From the NCBI RefSeq assembly GCF_006345805.1, contig NC_043017.1, forward strand, positions 22,816,001 through 22,880,000: a stretch of 64,000 bases of DNA, in the 5' to 3' direction. Position numbers and translations under genes: made by a program. Under the pieces are notes generated by a model, which was not told the DNA's origin, did no database searches, and worked only from the letters and a program-made list of their open reading frames with translations. This document shows, in pieces, positions 13,581 to 25,200 of this stretch. The first letter of the stretch is position 1, and each line of letters starts with the position of its first letter. The stretch is from Octopus sinensis (lineage: Eukaryota).

Positions 13581-13827
13581 TTGGGGAAATTTTGAACCTG
13601 GGTTCTCATTCTTAAGGTATTTTTCGATGTTATTATTATTATCATTATTATTCAATGTTATTGTTATTATTCAGGTTACTGCCTGGAATCGAACTCAGAA
13701 TCTTGGGGTTAGTAGCCCACACTCTTAACCACTATGCCATATGCCCATGGGCCAACAGGCATATGGCGTAGTGGTTAAGAGTGTGAGCTACTAACCCCAA
13801 GATTCCAAGTTTGATTCCAGGCAGTGA

Positions 13828-13863
<36 letters not shown>

Positions 13864-13936
13864 TAATAATAATAATAATAATAATAACACCGAAAAATAC
13901 CTTAGGAATGAGAACCCAGGTTCGAAATTTCCCCAA

Positions 13937-13982
13937 GACACCTGAAGAAGGCTGGAGGGTATATCAGCCGAAACATTGTGTT
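13937..13982 (+). ncRNA. Minimal type I hammerhead ribozyme fold (right arm)
   Basis: GACAC-CUGAAGA-A-GGCUG(gagggUAUAU)CAGCC-GAAA-CAUU-GUGUU: stem I GACAC/GUGUU, stem II GGCUG/CAGCC; probable ACGU>ACAU decay in helix III. Confidence 0.65.
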
Positions 13983-14435
13983 AGCAACAAACAAGATGAG
14001 GACAAATATCCGTCAAATATAAATAAAGTGGTCCCAATAATCAAAATCAATCATACCTTTAGTTTTTATTTTAGTGAATGCTCTCTGGGGTGATTCAGTA
14101 CAACACTTTAGCTATGACAGAAAATCATATTCATTGATATTACTAAACAAATAATTACCTCATTAATCATTGTATACAAGCAGTTGTGGTGGTTTATGTA
14201 AAAGGAATGCCATTGCTGTCAGCAATTACTCAACAATAAAGGAAGACAGAAACTCGTTTTTGTGAAAGAACAATGACTGTAAGTACAATTAGAACTCAGG
14301 GCCATGTGATCAGCAGCCCAACACCGGACCATCACAGCAATTGAGCTTTGAAATATATGCAGGTGTTGTTTGTATATGTATTTATGATGCACATTTCTAT
14401 GTGTAGACTAACAAAGTTTATACAAAATTCTCTAC

Positions 14436-14782
14436 ATATGGGCAAGTGTCTTCTACTATAGCCTCGGGCCGACCAAAGCCTTGTGAGTGGATTTGGTAGA
14501 CGGAAACTGAAAGAAGCCTGTCGTATATATGTATATATATATATATATATGTGCATGTATGTTTGTGTGTCTGTGTTTGTCCCCCTAGCATTGCTTGACA
14601 ACCAATACTGGTGTATTTATGTCCCCATCACTTAGCGGTTCGGCAAAAGAGACCAACAGAATAAGTACTGGGCTTACAAAGAATAAGTCCCGGGGTCGAG
14701 TTGCTCGATTAAAGGCGGTGCTCCAGCATGGCCGCAGTCAAAATGACTGAAACAAGTAAAAGAAAAAAGAAAAAAAAAGAAA
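14436..14782 (+). mobile_element. Family A SINE, 5'-truncated, young
   Basis: Begins at GGGCAAGTGTCTTCTACTATAGC and runs to an A-rich tail. Confidence 0.9.
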
Positions 14783-14989
14783 TATACAAATAACAACTTT
14801 CATATGAACTAACGTAATTGTAGTTTTTGTATTAATTACAGTTAGCATTGAAAATAATAGCTTCAAATTTTGGCACAAGGCTAGCAATTTTAGAGTCGAT
14901 TAATTGACTCCAGTGCTCAGTTGTATAAAGATGGATTAAAGGCCATCAATCATTGATCCCAGCTTGCTAAACTCTGCCGGCTCACCATC

Positions 14990-15191
14990 TTAACCCTTCT
15001 GTTACTGTATTTTGAGATGCTGTGTGTTTCTTTCAATTACTTTGGATATAACAAAGAATTTAACAAAATAACTTAGTTAAAATCAAGCTAGTGTTAGGAA
15101 CATAAGTTGTAACTAAGGTTTGGTGAAAGATTTTAATTCAAAACTTGTGAAAACAAGCCGGATTCAGTCAGGCTGGTAATGAAAGGGTTAA
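14990..15191. mobile_element. piggyBac-like MITE
   Basis: TTAA-CCCTT ... AAGGG-TTAA termini; homologous in reverse orientation to 27296-27523. Confidence 0.8.
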
Positions 15192-16926
15192 TAAGTATTT
15201 AAAATATTAAAGGAGGAAAAAAACAAACTTTATTTTATCAAATCTCTAATTTCTATAAATACAAGTTTGTCAACATTATGTTGCCAAAATAGCAAAATTC
15301 TCCGCTTGGGTTTCCAAAGACCATTGTAACCAATGTTTTGGAACAAATACAAATGAATCATCAAAGACATGATCATTATTGTCATCAACTTTCTAGGTGT
15401 TTGGGATTTACAAGTGAGAGGTTTCATTTTTTTGATGATGTTTGACAACAACGAGATAAACAAACAAAAGTAACAAAGATCAAATAGAATCGTTAACACT
15501 TTGCATAACACTTAATTCCTCAAGGAATTTTCACCATACACACAAACACAAACACACGAATTAAAAAGATTAATTTTAACTTTGCACAAATATATACAAA
15601 ATTATTATTTTTCTATTAACGCTAAGCTCCAGATTATCTAGCATTATCTTGATAACATTTAGAATTAAATGGGATTAGAAAATTGGCAATCAACAGGATA
15701 AAAGCAATTAACTTATACTGACTAGATGGGGAGGGGGGAGAAGAGATGATGTGAATACGTGGGTTTAGAGTGAGAAATTAAACTAGCCTCTTCCAACCAC
15801 TGACTATTCTCCCACAACCCTCAGCTGCTAATGTTTTGTTTGCAATCCAATGTTAAGCTCTATTGTTTCAGGAGATCTCCCAACTGTGCATGATAGATGT
15901 TCTTATCTTCTGCAACACTGCAGGTCCGTATTCAAAAGTTCTTAATCTGCTTTGAAACATGGCAGCTTTCATGGATTAAGACATTAAGACAATCGGTTAC
16001 AGTTAAGACTGTATCAATTTCTTCTTAGTTTTTGCAACTTTTCAAGGAAGAAGGGAAGATGTAGTGAAGAATGTAATATGAAAATTTCTGTCTGTTAAAA
16101 GATAACAGGTGTATTACTTGAAACTAGTTTCACTAATTATGTACACCAGTATTGAGCAATAATGCATGCACATGGATAGACAAAGAATATGCAGACTCCT
16201 ATCCATGTATATAACTTTATAGTCTCCTTCCAGCACATGTGTGTGCATGAGAGAGAGAGAGTGTGTGTGTCAAGAATAATACTGACAATGACTTCGGACA
16301 GCTTTGGACAGCTAACCCATTATTGGATGATGGCTTAGCTGGCCAAAATGTGTACTCTAGCAAATGGATTGAGTAATCTTTCAGTTTAATATACACTTGG
16401 TTCTGGGTTCAGTCTCACTGTGTGGCACTTTGGGCAAGTGTTCTCTAATATAGCCTAGGTCTGACCAAAACCTTGCAAATGGATTTGGCAGACAGAAACT
16501 AAAAGAAACCTGTTGTATATGTGTGTGTGTGTGTGTGCATCTGCCTGCCCCCTCATCCCCGCTTGACAACTGGTGTTGTGTTTACATCACCCATAACTTA
16601 GCAGTTTGGCAAAAGAATAACTACTAGGCTTACAAAGAGTAAGTCCAGAGATCAATTCTGCTGAGCAACTAGTCACAAGATCAACAAGGAATACAAACGT
16701 CAAATCACTATTTTGCTTAGATGGTAATATGACAAGCAAAGCCATATCTGTCACTCAGTGGGACTGAAGCCAAAACCACATAGCTGTGAAGTAAACGTCT
16801 TAACATTACAATCATAATCATTTCGGTTTCAAATTTTGGTACAAAGCCAGCAATTTCGGGGAAGGGGTAAGTCCTTGTGCTCAATTGGTACTAATTTTAT
16901 CAACCCTGGAAGGAGGAAAGGCAAAA

Positions 16927-17334
16927 GACACCTACCATATTCTGAGTGCCTTGTTTCCCTGGGCATGGATTCACTGAAGCTCCGGCGTTTGGCGACGGAC
17001 TTGGTAAACACCCACAAAGTTATCAACCACCTCACCAACAACAACACTGAACACCTTTTTGATCTCCATGTGTCTAACACACGTGGACATGCCTACAAAG
17101 TCAGAAAACAATACAGCTCCCATGACTTTCGGAAACATTTTTTCACGCTCAGAGTTGCTGAAGCATGGAATAAACTGCCTGCGTCAGTTGTTGACTGCCA
17201 TGACACTGCATCTTTTAAGGCCCTCATGCTTTCCGAAATCCGCCGAAACTACACCTGATTATATATACATTTTAGATGAGTTGTAGTGCACCTGAGCACT
17301 GTACACAATTATTATTATTATTATTATTATTATT
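16927..17334 (+). mobile_element. CR1-group LINE 3' end inserted in a family B SINE
   Basis: LPYSECLVSLGMDSLKLRRLATDL..TRGHAYKV..RKHFFTLRVAEAWNKLP is typical CR1/L2-group ORF2 C-terminus; (ATT)n tail; SINE halves GGAAAGGCAAA / AAAGTCGACC flank it. Confidence 0.85.
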
Positions 17335-18214
17335 AAAGTCGACCACAGCAGAATTTGAACTCAGAACGTAAAGATGGATGAAACGACACAACATTTTGTC
17401 TAGCATTTTAACGCTTCTGCCAGCTCGATGCCTGCATAATCATTTTAACAACCATTTTCACAGGTTTGCCTGGATTATACAACATAGAACAATACTATGA
17501 GGTTTATCATCATTCATTTAGTCTTATGTAATCATTTTTTGTGGTGCTCAACATCAAAAGATCAAACACCACCACTTTTCCTCATCTTTGGCTTGGCCTT
17601 GGTCTGACACAGGTAATTTCTCTGTCAGTACACAGTATTTCTTCAACCTGTACTTAAATATTCAAAAACCCTCACCAGTTATCTCTCCTACATACATTAA
17701 CTGATGTTTTTAATAACCAACCACTTTCTCAGTTCACCTCTTCTGTTCTTTCATACAAGTTACAGCGGGCCTACACAAGTCCTCTAGATTTTAATACCCA
17801 TGTTTAGTTCAGCCCCAGATCAGCCCTAACTGAGCTGAGTTTTGATCAAAAGCATTCTGGATACAACCATTTCATCATCTTTTTTTTTCTCATGTCTTGG
17901 TAGTTGTTTTCTATCCCTAAACAATATTTAGGGTTTAGGTAATAACAAGGACTGACACTTAAACAATTGGGAAATGGATGAAAAGCTTAAAGGAATGAGT
18001 GAGCATGGCTGGAAAGTAGGTGCTAGGGTAGGAGTATGTCATGCAGAAGATGCTAATATTGGTCAAAGGCAGATGAGATAAACCTGAAATGTTAAACCTT
18101 GATTAAATATGGAATACAATGGATGAGTGGGACTCCTCAACACTAGAACTTGGTTTGTTATTAGACCTCATCAGCCAAACTGATAACATTTAAAGTGACA
18201 TGTTTACTAGAGAA

Positions 18215-18410
18215 GCCTGCCCATGCTGGTGGCACGTAAAAAGCACCCACTACACTCTCAGAGTGGTTGGCGTTAGGAAGGGCATCCAGCTGTAGAAACT
18301 CTGCTAGATCAAGATTGGAGTCTGGTGCAGCCATCTGGTTTGCCAGCCCTCGGTCAAAATCGTCCAACCCATGCTAGCATGGAAAGCGGACATTAAACGA
18401 TGATGATTCA
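18215..18410 (+). mobile_element. RTE-LINE 3' tail
   Basis: GCACCCACTACACTCTCAGAGTGGTTGGCGTTAGGAAGGGCATCCAGC..CCAACCCATGCTAGCATGGAAAGCGGACATTAAACGATGATGAT. Confidence 0.85.
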
Positions 18411-19844
18411 CAGAATACCCTAGACTACATTATCCTGTGTGTTCTTTCTAAGATGATTGTATGTGGGTTTAGCAAGATTTGACTGCTATTTCTAGCAGGT
18501 CAGACGACCATGAAAATGTTCCCTTATCTCATTTTATTATCATGTGTAACATTTTACTATCTTAATGTTCCATGTAGACACATACACACACAGAGACTAA
18601 ACACTGCGATCTTCCTGTTCTCTCTATCATCTCCACACTAATGTTTATGTCTAGTGATTTCTTCATAACCAAAATTCTTTTCTCTTTGTTCATTATTATT
18701 GATAAAAATTAATCCACTGTGTTTTGCCACAGTCACAGCATGTTTTCTAAAACCTGATTCATACCTTGATATTACTATCCATTTCTTTTAACTTTACACA
18801 AGAACAGTTTGTGTTTTCACATGCATTTATCGACCCCCAAAAAGATGAAAGGAAAAGTCGATATGGCAGAATTTAAATTCAGACGAAATTGAGACTAAAT
18901 ACTTCAATGAATTTAGTCCAGTAGATTGTATAAATTAGTCAGCTATCAGATTGGCAAAATTTCACTTGCTAGCGCATTACAGCCATTAGCACACAGATGA
19001 ACTGTATTCTTCTTCCGTCTCTAGCATTTCTAAAACAGTTCAAGCTTGTCTGAAGTAGCTATTTGTGTACCACCCACTTCGAGTTATACAATGCACCTAC
19101 CGCTCTCCTTTTGCCATTCATACTGTGCTTCACCCCCCAAACTCTTCAATACACATCACTCAGAATTTTATCCACCGCAACTGTATCTCTCTGGAATTCC
19201 CTCTTTATCAGACCCCCTGCCTATAAATCAACCACATGTAATGTCTATGATTATTGACCCCACCTCCCTAAATCACTGGTTCTCAAACTAATTCTTTTTG
19301 TGCAACTCTTTAACAATTTTCAAATAAAAAAACAAACAAACCCATACCGGTATTTTATGGACAACCTCCATGACCTTGATTTTAATTGGACATTAATTGA
19401 AGTAACTATTCTAGAGAAAGAATTTATTCATTAAAAAATTCGAAAAGATGTAAGTTGTTATTTTAGAAAAAGGTAGATACCATTTTTTATACCATTTTTT
19501 GACATTCGTACAGTGATAGTCAATATATTCCTTCTGTTTCAATCAATTCATCGATCACTCTTAAATCTAGCTGAATAAGTAGAAAACGCTTTGCTGAAGA
19601 GGTCTAATAAGACCAAAACATCTCTAATTTCTACCAGTTGACTTTAATGACCAAATCAAATTCTGCACAGAAGTTTTATTAAAAGACACCTTTATATTGT
19701 AGAAACCCAAAATGTTTTCATGGAACACACTTTGCAAAACTTAGCATTAGATCATATATGATGTAGAGACAAAACAAGTTGATTCAGGAAATAAAATATT
19801 TAAAAATCTGATTTAAGATTAGTGTCTAGTATGTGATATCATGA

Positions 19845-20335
19845 AGGCACATGGCCTAGTGGTTAGGGTGTTGCACTCCCTATTGATAGATCATGGGTTC
19901 AATTCTCGAACCAGGTGGCATGTTGTGTTCTTCAGCAAAATACTTCATTTCACATTGCTCCAGTTCACTCAGCTGTAAATGAGTAACCCAACAATAGAAT
20001 AATCCCCTATTCAGGGGGAATATTGGTCTGCTCACTTAGTTAGTGGGTGACATCATTCAAAGGTTAAAACAATGCAAAGCGCATGGTGACTAGTGATGTA
20101 TAACCTCATCCAATAGTCTGGTCAATACTGTGGGCGGTGAGCTGGCAGAATCATTAGCACACCAGGCTTAGCGGTATTTTGTCTGCCATTATGTGCTGAG
20201 TTCAAATTCTGCCGAGGTTAACTTTGCCTTTAATCCTTTCAGGATTGATTAAATAAGTACCAGTTACACACTAGGGTTGATGTAAATTTAACTTAACCCC
20301 TTTGTTTGTCCCCTGTGGACAATAAAGAAATAAGT
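19845..20335 (+). mobile_element. Family D SINE followed by family B SINE
   Basis: tRNA head GGCACATGGCCTAGTGGTTAGGG..GGGTTCAATTCTC; family B head GGCGGTGAGCTGGCAGAA from about 20134. Confidence 0.75.
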
Positions 20336-20496
20336 ACTGTGATACCATGATGTAATATTGTATCGAGTTGTGACTGTGGCTATTTACATAACAAGGTCAT
20401 AGTAACATCAGACAGGTAGTCATAATGGGTATATCGGGCTTTGTATATTTTAACCCAGTGTCACTTTGATAGCATGTGCTTCTCTCTCATTCAAGA

Positions 20497-20597
20497 ATAA
20501 TAATAATAATAATAATATAATTATTATTATTATTATTATTATTATGATAATAATAATAATAATTATTATTATCATTATTACTATTATTATTATTATG

Positions 20598-20646
<49 letters not shown>

Positions 20647-20796
20647 TAATTATTATTATTATTATTATTATTATGATAATAATAATTATTATTATTATTA
20701 TTATCATTATTATTATTATGATAATAATAATAATAATAATTATTATTATTATTATTACTATTATTATTATAATTATTATTATTATTATAATAATCT
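20497..20796. repeat. Compound (AAT)n/(ATT)n microsatellite with alternating orientation
   Basis: Directly visible; source of the poly-Ile ORFs. Confidence 0.95.
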
Positions 20797-21116
20797 TAAT
20801 ACCTTATCTCAATATTTTCAAGACAACTGGGTTTTTGTAATGTATTGAATACAATATCAATAATCAGTCGTGATTGTGGTTAAAATGACTGAAGTCATAA
20901 CAGTGCAATCACAATTACTTATTAGTCTTAACATTGCAGTCACAACAGGTTAAGAGTTACAACACAGCAACTTAACATCACAAACTTACAGTCACGGCTA
21001 AACAGTCATAACATGATATATTTATTAGCACAAATCCTCTTGTAATTTAAAATGTACATGTTATCTTGGTGGTTGTCATGAACTACACTTACAATAAATT
21101 AAACTCATGATTGATG

Positions 21117-21152
<36 letters not shown>

Positions 21153-21766
21153 TGCCATGTCTACAGGCATTGACAATCATAGACCTTCATACCTTCCTGT
21201 CCCACACACTACTTAGCACATTGAGTTGATCAGCTGGTAAGTCTATCAAATATCATCTGTCTTCCTTAGCATCCTCTGCCTTTCAGCTTCCTGCTTATCA
21301 CCAAGTGTTCAAGGCTTTCACTTTTCATAAAGCATCCAAATAACTTTAGCTGTTGTCTCCTATGTAAAGTAAATTTTTGGTGGTCTCTGCTCCAAAGCCA
21401 TATTAGCAAACTTATAGCCCACACCCATGACAAATCAATGCACTGACCCCTATAGTATTTATTTATTGACAGTAAGTCACAGCCTATAAAGATCAAAATT
21501 GAGCCCCTAAACCCTTCAAGTTGCCAGGCGACTGTCCAGTGTTCCCATGACTTATGCCTTTAGCATTCATATTATTCTGTCAAATGTTCTTATTTATTCG
21601 CATTGTTTTGAATTGACTATACATTATCCCATAGCTTCAAGATTTCAATTATGCGATTGCTTTTTGCTTAGAATAAACATTGTATGACATTGTAGTGTTA
21701 GTGTGAGAGGCCAGATCTAGGGAGTTTCAACACAAAGCAGGGAGAATATTTTGGCTGGATATGACT

Positions 21767-23413
21767 GAATCCCCGCCAGATCTAGAGAAGTTTCAGGTGT
21801 GGAAGCAAGGTCTAGAATCGAAGGGCCTTAGAGGTAACCTAGCAAACACAAAAGTCTTAGTAAGCAGGAAAGCAGGCTAATCCCAAATCCCTTCAAGTAG
21901 CAGGCCCTGCTTGATCTGTAGAAGAGGCATAGGTAGTATCTCCATAAGATGTACCCAGTGTAAGCTATGGACACATACGAGGTGCAGAAATATCAGGGGA
22001 AGGTTAAAAGGGAAAATAGTTTGTGTGTGGAAGGTGCACAGGTACAATTAACACTAAAAACATACCGAAAATAGATTCCATTACATGCCAGTAGTGGGGT
22101 AAAACTAGAAGTAGTCAATAGCTTCCGTTACCTTGGTGACCAGGTCAGTAACGAGGGTGGATGCTCCAAGAGTGTAGCTGCTAGAACACGAATAGGCTGG
22201 GCAAAGTTCAGAGAGCTCCTACTTCTGCTGGTAACAAAGGGCCTCTCACTCAGAGTAAAAGGCAGACTGTACGATGCCTGTGTGCAAACAGCCATGCTAC
22301 ACTGCAGTGAAACATGGGCTGTGACTGTTGAGGACATGCATAGGCTTGTAAGAAATGAAGCTAGTATGCTCTGTCGGATGCGTAATGTCTGTGTGCATGC
22401 ACGACAGAGTGTAAGCATTCTGAGAGAAAAGTTGAATTAAAGAAGCATCAGATGTGGTGTGCAAGAGAGACGACTCTACTGGTATGGTCATGTGATGCAT
22501 ATGGACAAGGACAGTTGTATGAAGAAGTGTTCCACTTTAATGGTGGAGGGAACCTGTGGAAGAGATAGACCCAGGAAGACCTGGGATGAGGTGGTGAAAA
22601 ATGATCTCTGAATGTTAGGCCTCATGGAGGCAATGGCAAGCAACCAAGGCCTTTGCCAATGTGCCATGCTTAAGAAGACCCATCAAGCCAAATAAAATTG
22701 TAGTCATGGCTGATGCCAATGTTGTTAAGTTAAGTTAATTTTGAGGCTCAAAAAGCAAAAAGCAAGGCCATATAGGGGGACATGGAGTTATGTACTGGGA
22801 GGGTGTTCATGCAAAGAGTTCAGGTCATTTCTGATCAAGAGAGACTTTGAACCGAGCGGTCGTTGGCATCTTCACTATCTCGTCTGGCAGCTTATTCCAT
22901 GGATCCACAACCCGGACGGAGAAAGCCCCTCTCCTTCGATTGAGATGAAATCGTCGCAGATAGAGCTTAACAGACTCGTTAAAAGCACCCTTCAAACGTT
23001 GGGCAATATGCTGTGCTTGTGAAGACTTGTCAAGCTGAGTGAAGTTATAGTTGTGGCTAATGCCAGTACTATCTGACTTCCATGTAAAAAGCACCGTTTG
23101 AGCATTGGGCCTCATGGAGGCAGTGACAGGTGACCAAGACCTTTGGGGATATACCATGCTGTGTAGACCTGTCAAGCCAAGTGAGACCACAGTCGTGGCT
23201 GATGTCAGGTCAATGGCACCCATGCTGGTGGCACATAAAAAACACCCACTACACTCTTGGAGTGGTTGGTGTTAGGAAGGGCATTCAGCTGTAGAAATCT
23301 TGCCAAATCAGATTGAAACCGTGTGCAGCTGTCTGGCTTGCCAGTTTTCAGTCAAACCATCCAACACATGCCAGTACGGAAAACAGATGTTAAATGATGA
23401 TGATGATGATGAT
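21767..23413 (+). mobile_element. 5'-truncated RTE-clade LINE (RT C-terminal region + 3' UTR), degenerate
   Basis: FQVWKQGLESKGLR, SFRYLGDQVS..AARTRIGWAKFRELL..KGRLYDACV..SETWA..RRLYWYGHVMHM..GRDRPRKTWDEVV; (GAT)n tail; stops present. Confidence 0.9.
22725..22968 (-). mobile_element. CR1-group LINE 3' fragment inside the RTE 3' UTR
   Basis: KLYLRRFHLNRRRGAFSVRVVDPWNKLPDEIVKMPTTARFKVSLD; (AACTT)n tail; near-identical to 60231-60620. Confidence 0.85.
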
Positions 23414-24186
23414 GGCCAGTTTCAGTGCTAAAGAGTTAAGACAGCACTGCTCTGCTCTGCTCTACTCATCCAAGAATTTCCATATATGTCACAGTCTATA
23501 TAGGACACCTTTAGCATTCATTTAAGGAAACACACATCTGCAGTATTGATAAGCTTTCATGCTTATTTGTTGATGCTGTAGATCACACAACCATACGCAG
23601 AAATGAATACTGCATATGCCCATAGGACTCTTTCTCTCTCTTTTACAGATAGCCATTTACTTAACTGTAAATGTTTGATTTCACCAAAAGCAGCCTTGGG
23701 CTGCATTTGATGTAATTTCTTTAATGATTTCCAAACACCATCACCACCATCTGATATAACAATGGCTCACATATATTCAAAAGCTATCAACCTATTCCAC
23801 TCTCAATTATAAATGGTACTAACTAATGTTTGCAGGTCTTTTTCTATTCTTGTTATGAAGACTGTGTTATCTGCTTAATGGATATTGCCTAAATACTCCA
23901 CTGTATAATAAAAACAGGCCCGGTGAGGACACACATTCCTGTCATACTTCTCTTTTGATCTTCTCGGTGTCCTATTTCATTTCTAGTTCTGATTGCTGCT
24001 GTTTGTTGCCATTATATGCTTCTTTTATCTACGTTTCTGTCATTAGACTGTGGCCATGCTGGAGCCACCACCTTGAGTGATTTAGTTAAACAAATTGACC
24101 GCAGTACTTTTTTTTTCTTTTTTCTCCTGAAACCTGGTATTTATTCTTTCAGTCTCTTTTGCCCAACTCACAAGCTACGGGGATGT

Positions 24187-24226
<40 letters not shown>

Positions 24227-24234
24227 GCATACAT

Positions 24235-24370
24235 GGCGTTAGGAAGGGCATCCAGCTGTAGAAACTCTGCCAGATCAATATTGGAGCCTGGTGCAGCCAT
24301 CTGGTTCACCAGCCCTCAGTCAAATCGTCCAACCCATGCTAGCATGGAAAACGGACGTTAAACGATGATT
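24235..24370 (+). mobile_element. RTE-LINE 3' tail
   Basis: TGGCGTTAGGAAGGGCATCCAGC..GGACGTTAAACGATGAT. Confidence 0.85.
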
Positions 24371-24399
24371 ATACATACATACATACATACATACATGCT

Positions 24400-24527
24400 C
24401 AAGAATGTTGCTGACAGTGACTTCAAAGTTTTTTGCCAGTTAAGCCATCATCAAGCTGCTGTTAAGCCATCATTGGACGATGGCTCAACTGGCCAAAACT
24501 TAGAAGTCACTGTCACCGACATTCTTG
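24400..24527. mobile_element. Small foldback MITE
   Basis: CAAGAATGTTGCTGACAGTGACTTC ... GAAGTCACTGTCACCGACATTCTTG inverted ends; related left arm near 16271. Confidence 0.7.
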
Positions 24528-24844
24528 TTTAAGATTCTACAAAAGTATAGGGAACCCAATCAGATTAATATAAAACTGTTTTTATTATAACTGAACATAT
24601 AAACAAATATAAACACACACACATGTATGTATATATATATATGTGTGAGTGTGTGTGTATATATGTCTGCAGGCATGGCTGTGTGGTAAGAAGCTTGCTT
24701 CTCAACCACTTGGTTCAGGGTTCAGTTCCATAGGGTGGTGCCTTTGAGCAAGTGTTTTCTACTATAGCCTCAGGCTGGCTATTGCCTTATGAATGGATTT
24801 GGGGGATGGAGGTTGAAAAGAGGCCTGTTGTGTATATTTAATTA

Positions 24845-25200
24845 TTAAAGAGGATAACAAACGTTAAGGCAAGGCAAACATCTCAAGTCATATACATAAG
24901 TATTATTGAAAAAAAAATTTAAAGTCTTACAGCTGTTTCTGGGATATCCCAAAGTATGGGGTATTCAGTCATCAGAGACAAATAGGGAAAATGAGAAGGG
25001 TATAGATTAATGAAATGACAACAGAGAGGACAGGAATAAAGGAATAAGGAGACGAGGAAAGAGAAGGAAAAAGAAGCATAAATGTTCACAGTTCCACTTT
25101 CCGATTGTGTTGAAGTCCATAAGTCCTTAGGTGCAATCCTGCATTACAGTACTTACCTAGCATACCTAGTAGTTTAGATCACCTGTGAACTAAACCTCTA
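24845..25200 (-). mobile_element. Penelope-type short element carrying a hammerhead
   Basis: Foreign ~350 bp block within the SINE, containing the hammerhead core at 24924-24979. Confidence 0.6.
24924..24979 (-). ncRNA. Type I hammerhead ribozyme fold with palindromic helix III
   Basis: GUCU-CUGAUGA-[imperfect stem II]-GAAA-C(AGCU)G-UA-AGAC: stem I GUCU/AGAC, GUA cleavage triplet, ACAGCUGU palindrome. Confidence 0.75.

Larger units (their letters stand above)
13455..14026. mobile_element. Head-to-head inverted dimer of a tRNA-headed Penelope-type short element
   Basis: Arms 13491-13745 and 13758-14026 are reverse complements around a 12-nt spacer; each arm = A box TGGCGTAGTGG + B box GAGTTCGATTCC + (AAT)n + hammerhead-like tail. 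Confidence 0.85.
21552..23439. mobile_element. piggyBac-like MITE interrupted by an RTE LINE
   Basis: Left part 21552-21767 homologous to 7305-7490; right end GGCCAGTTTCAGTGCTAAAGAGTTAA at 23414-23439 matches GCTGGTTTAAATGCGAAAGGGTTAA. Confidence 0.65.
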
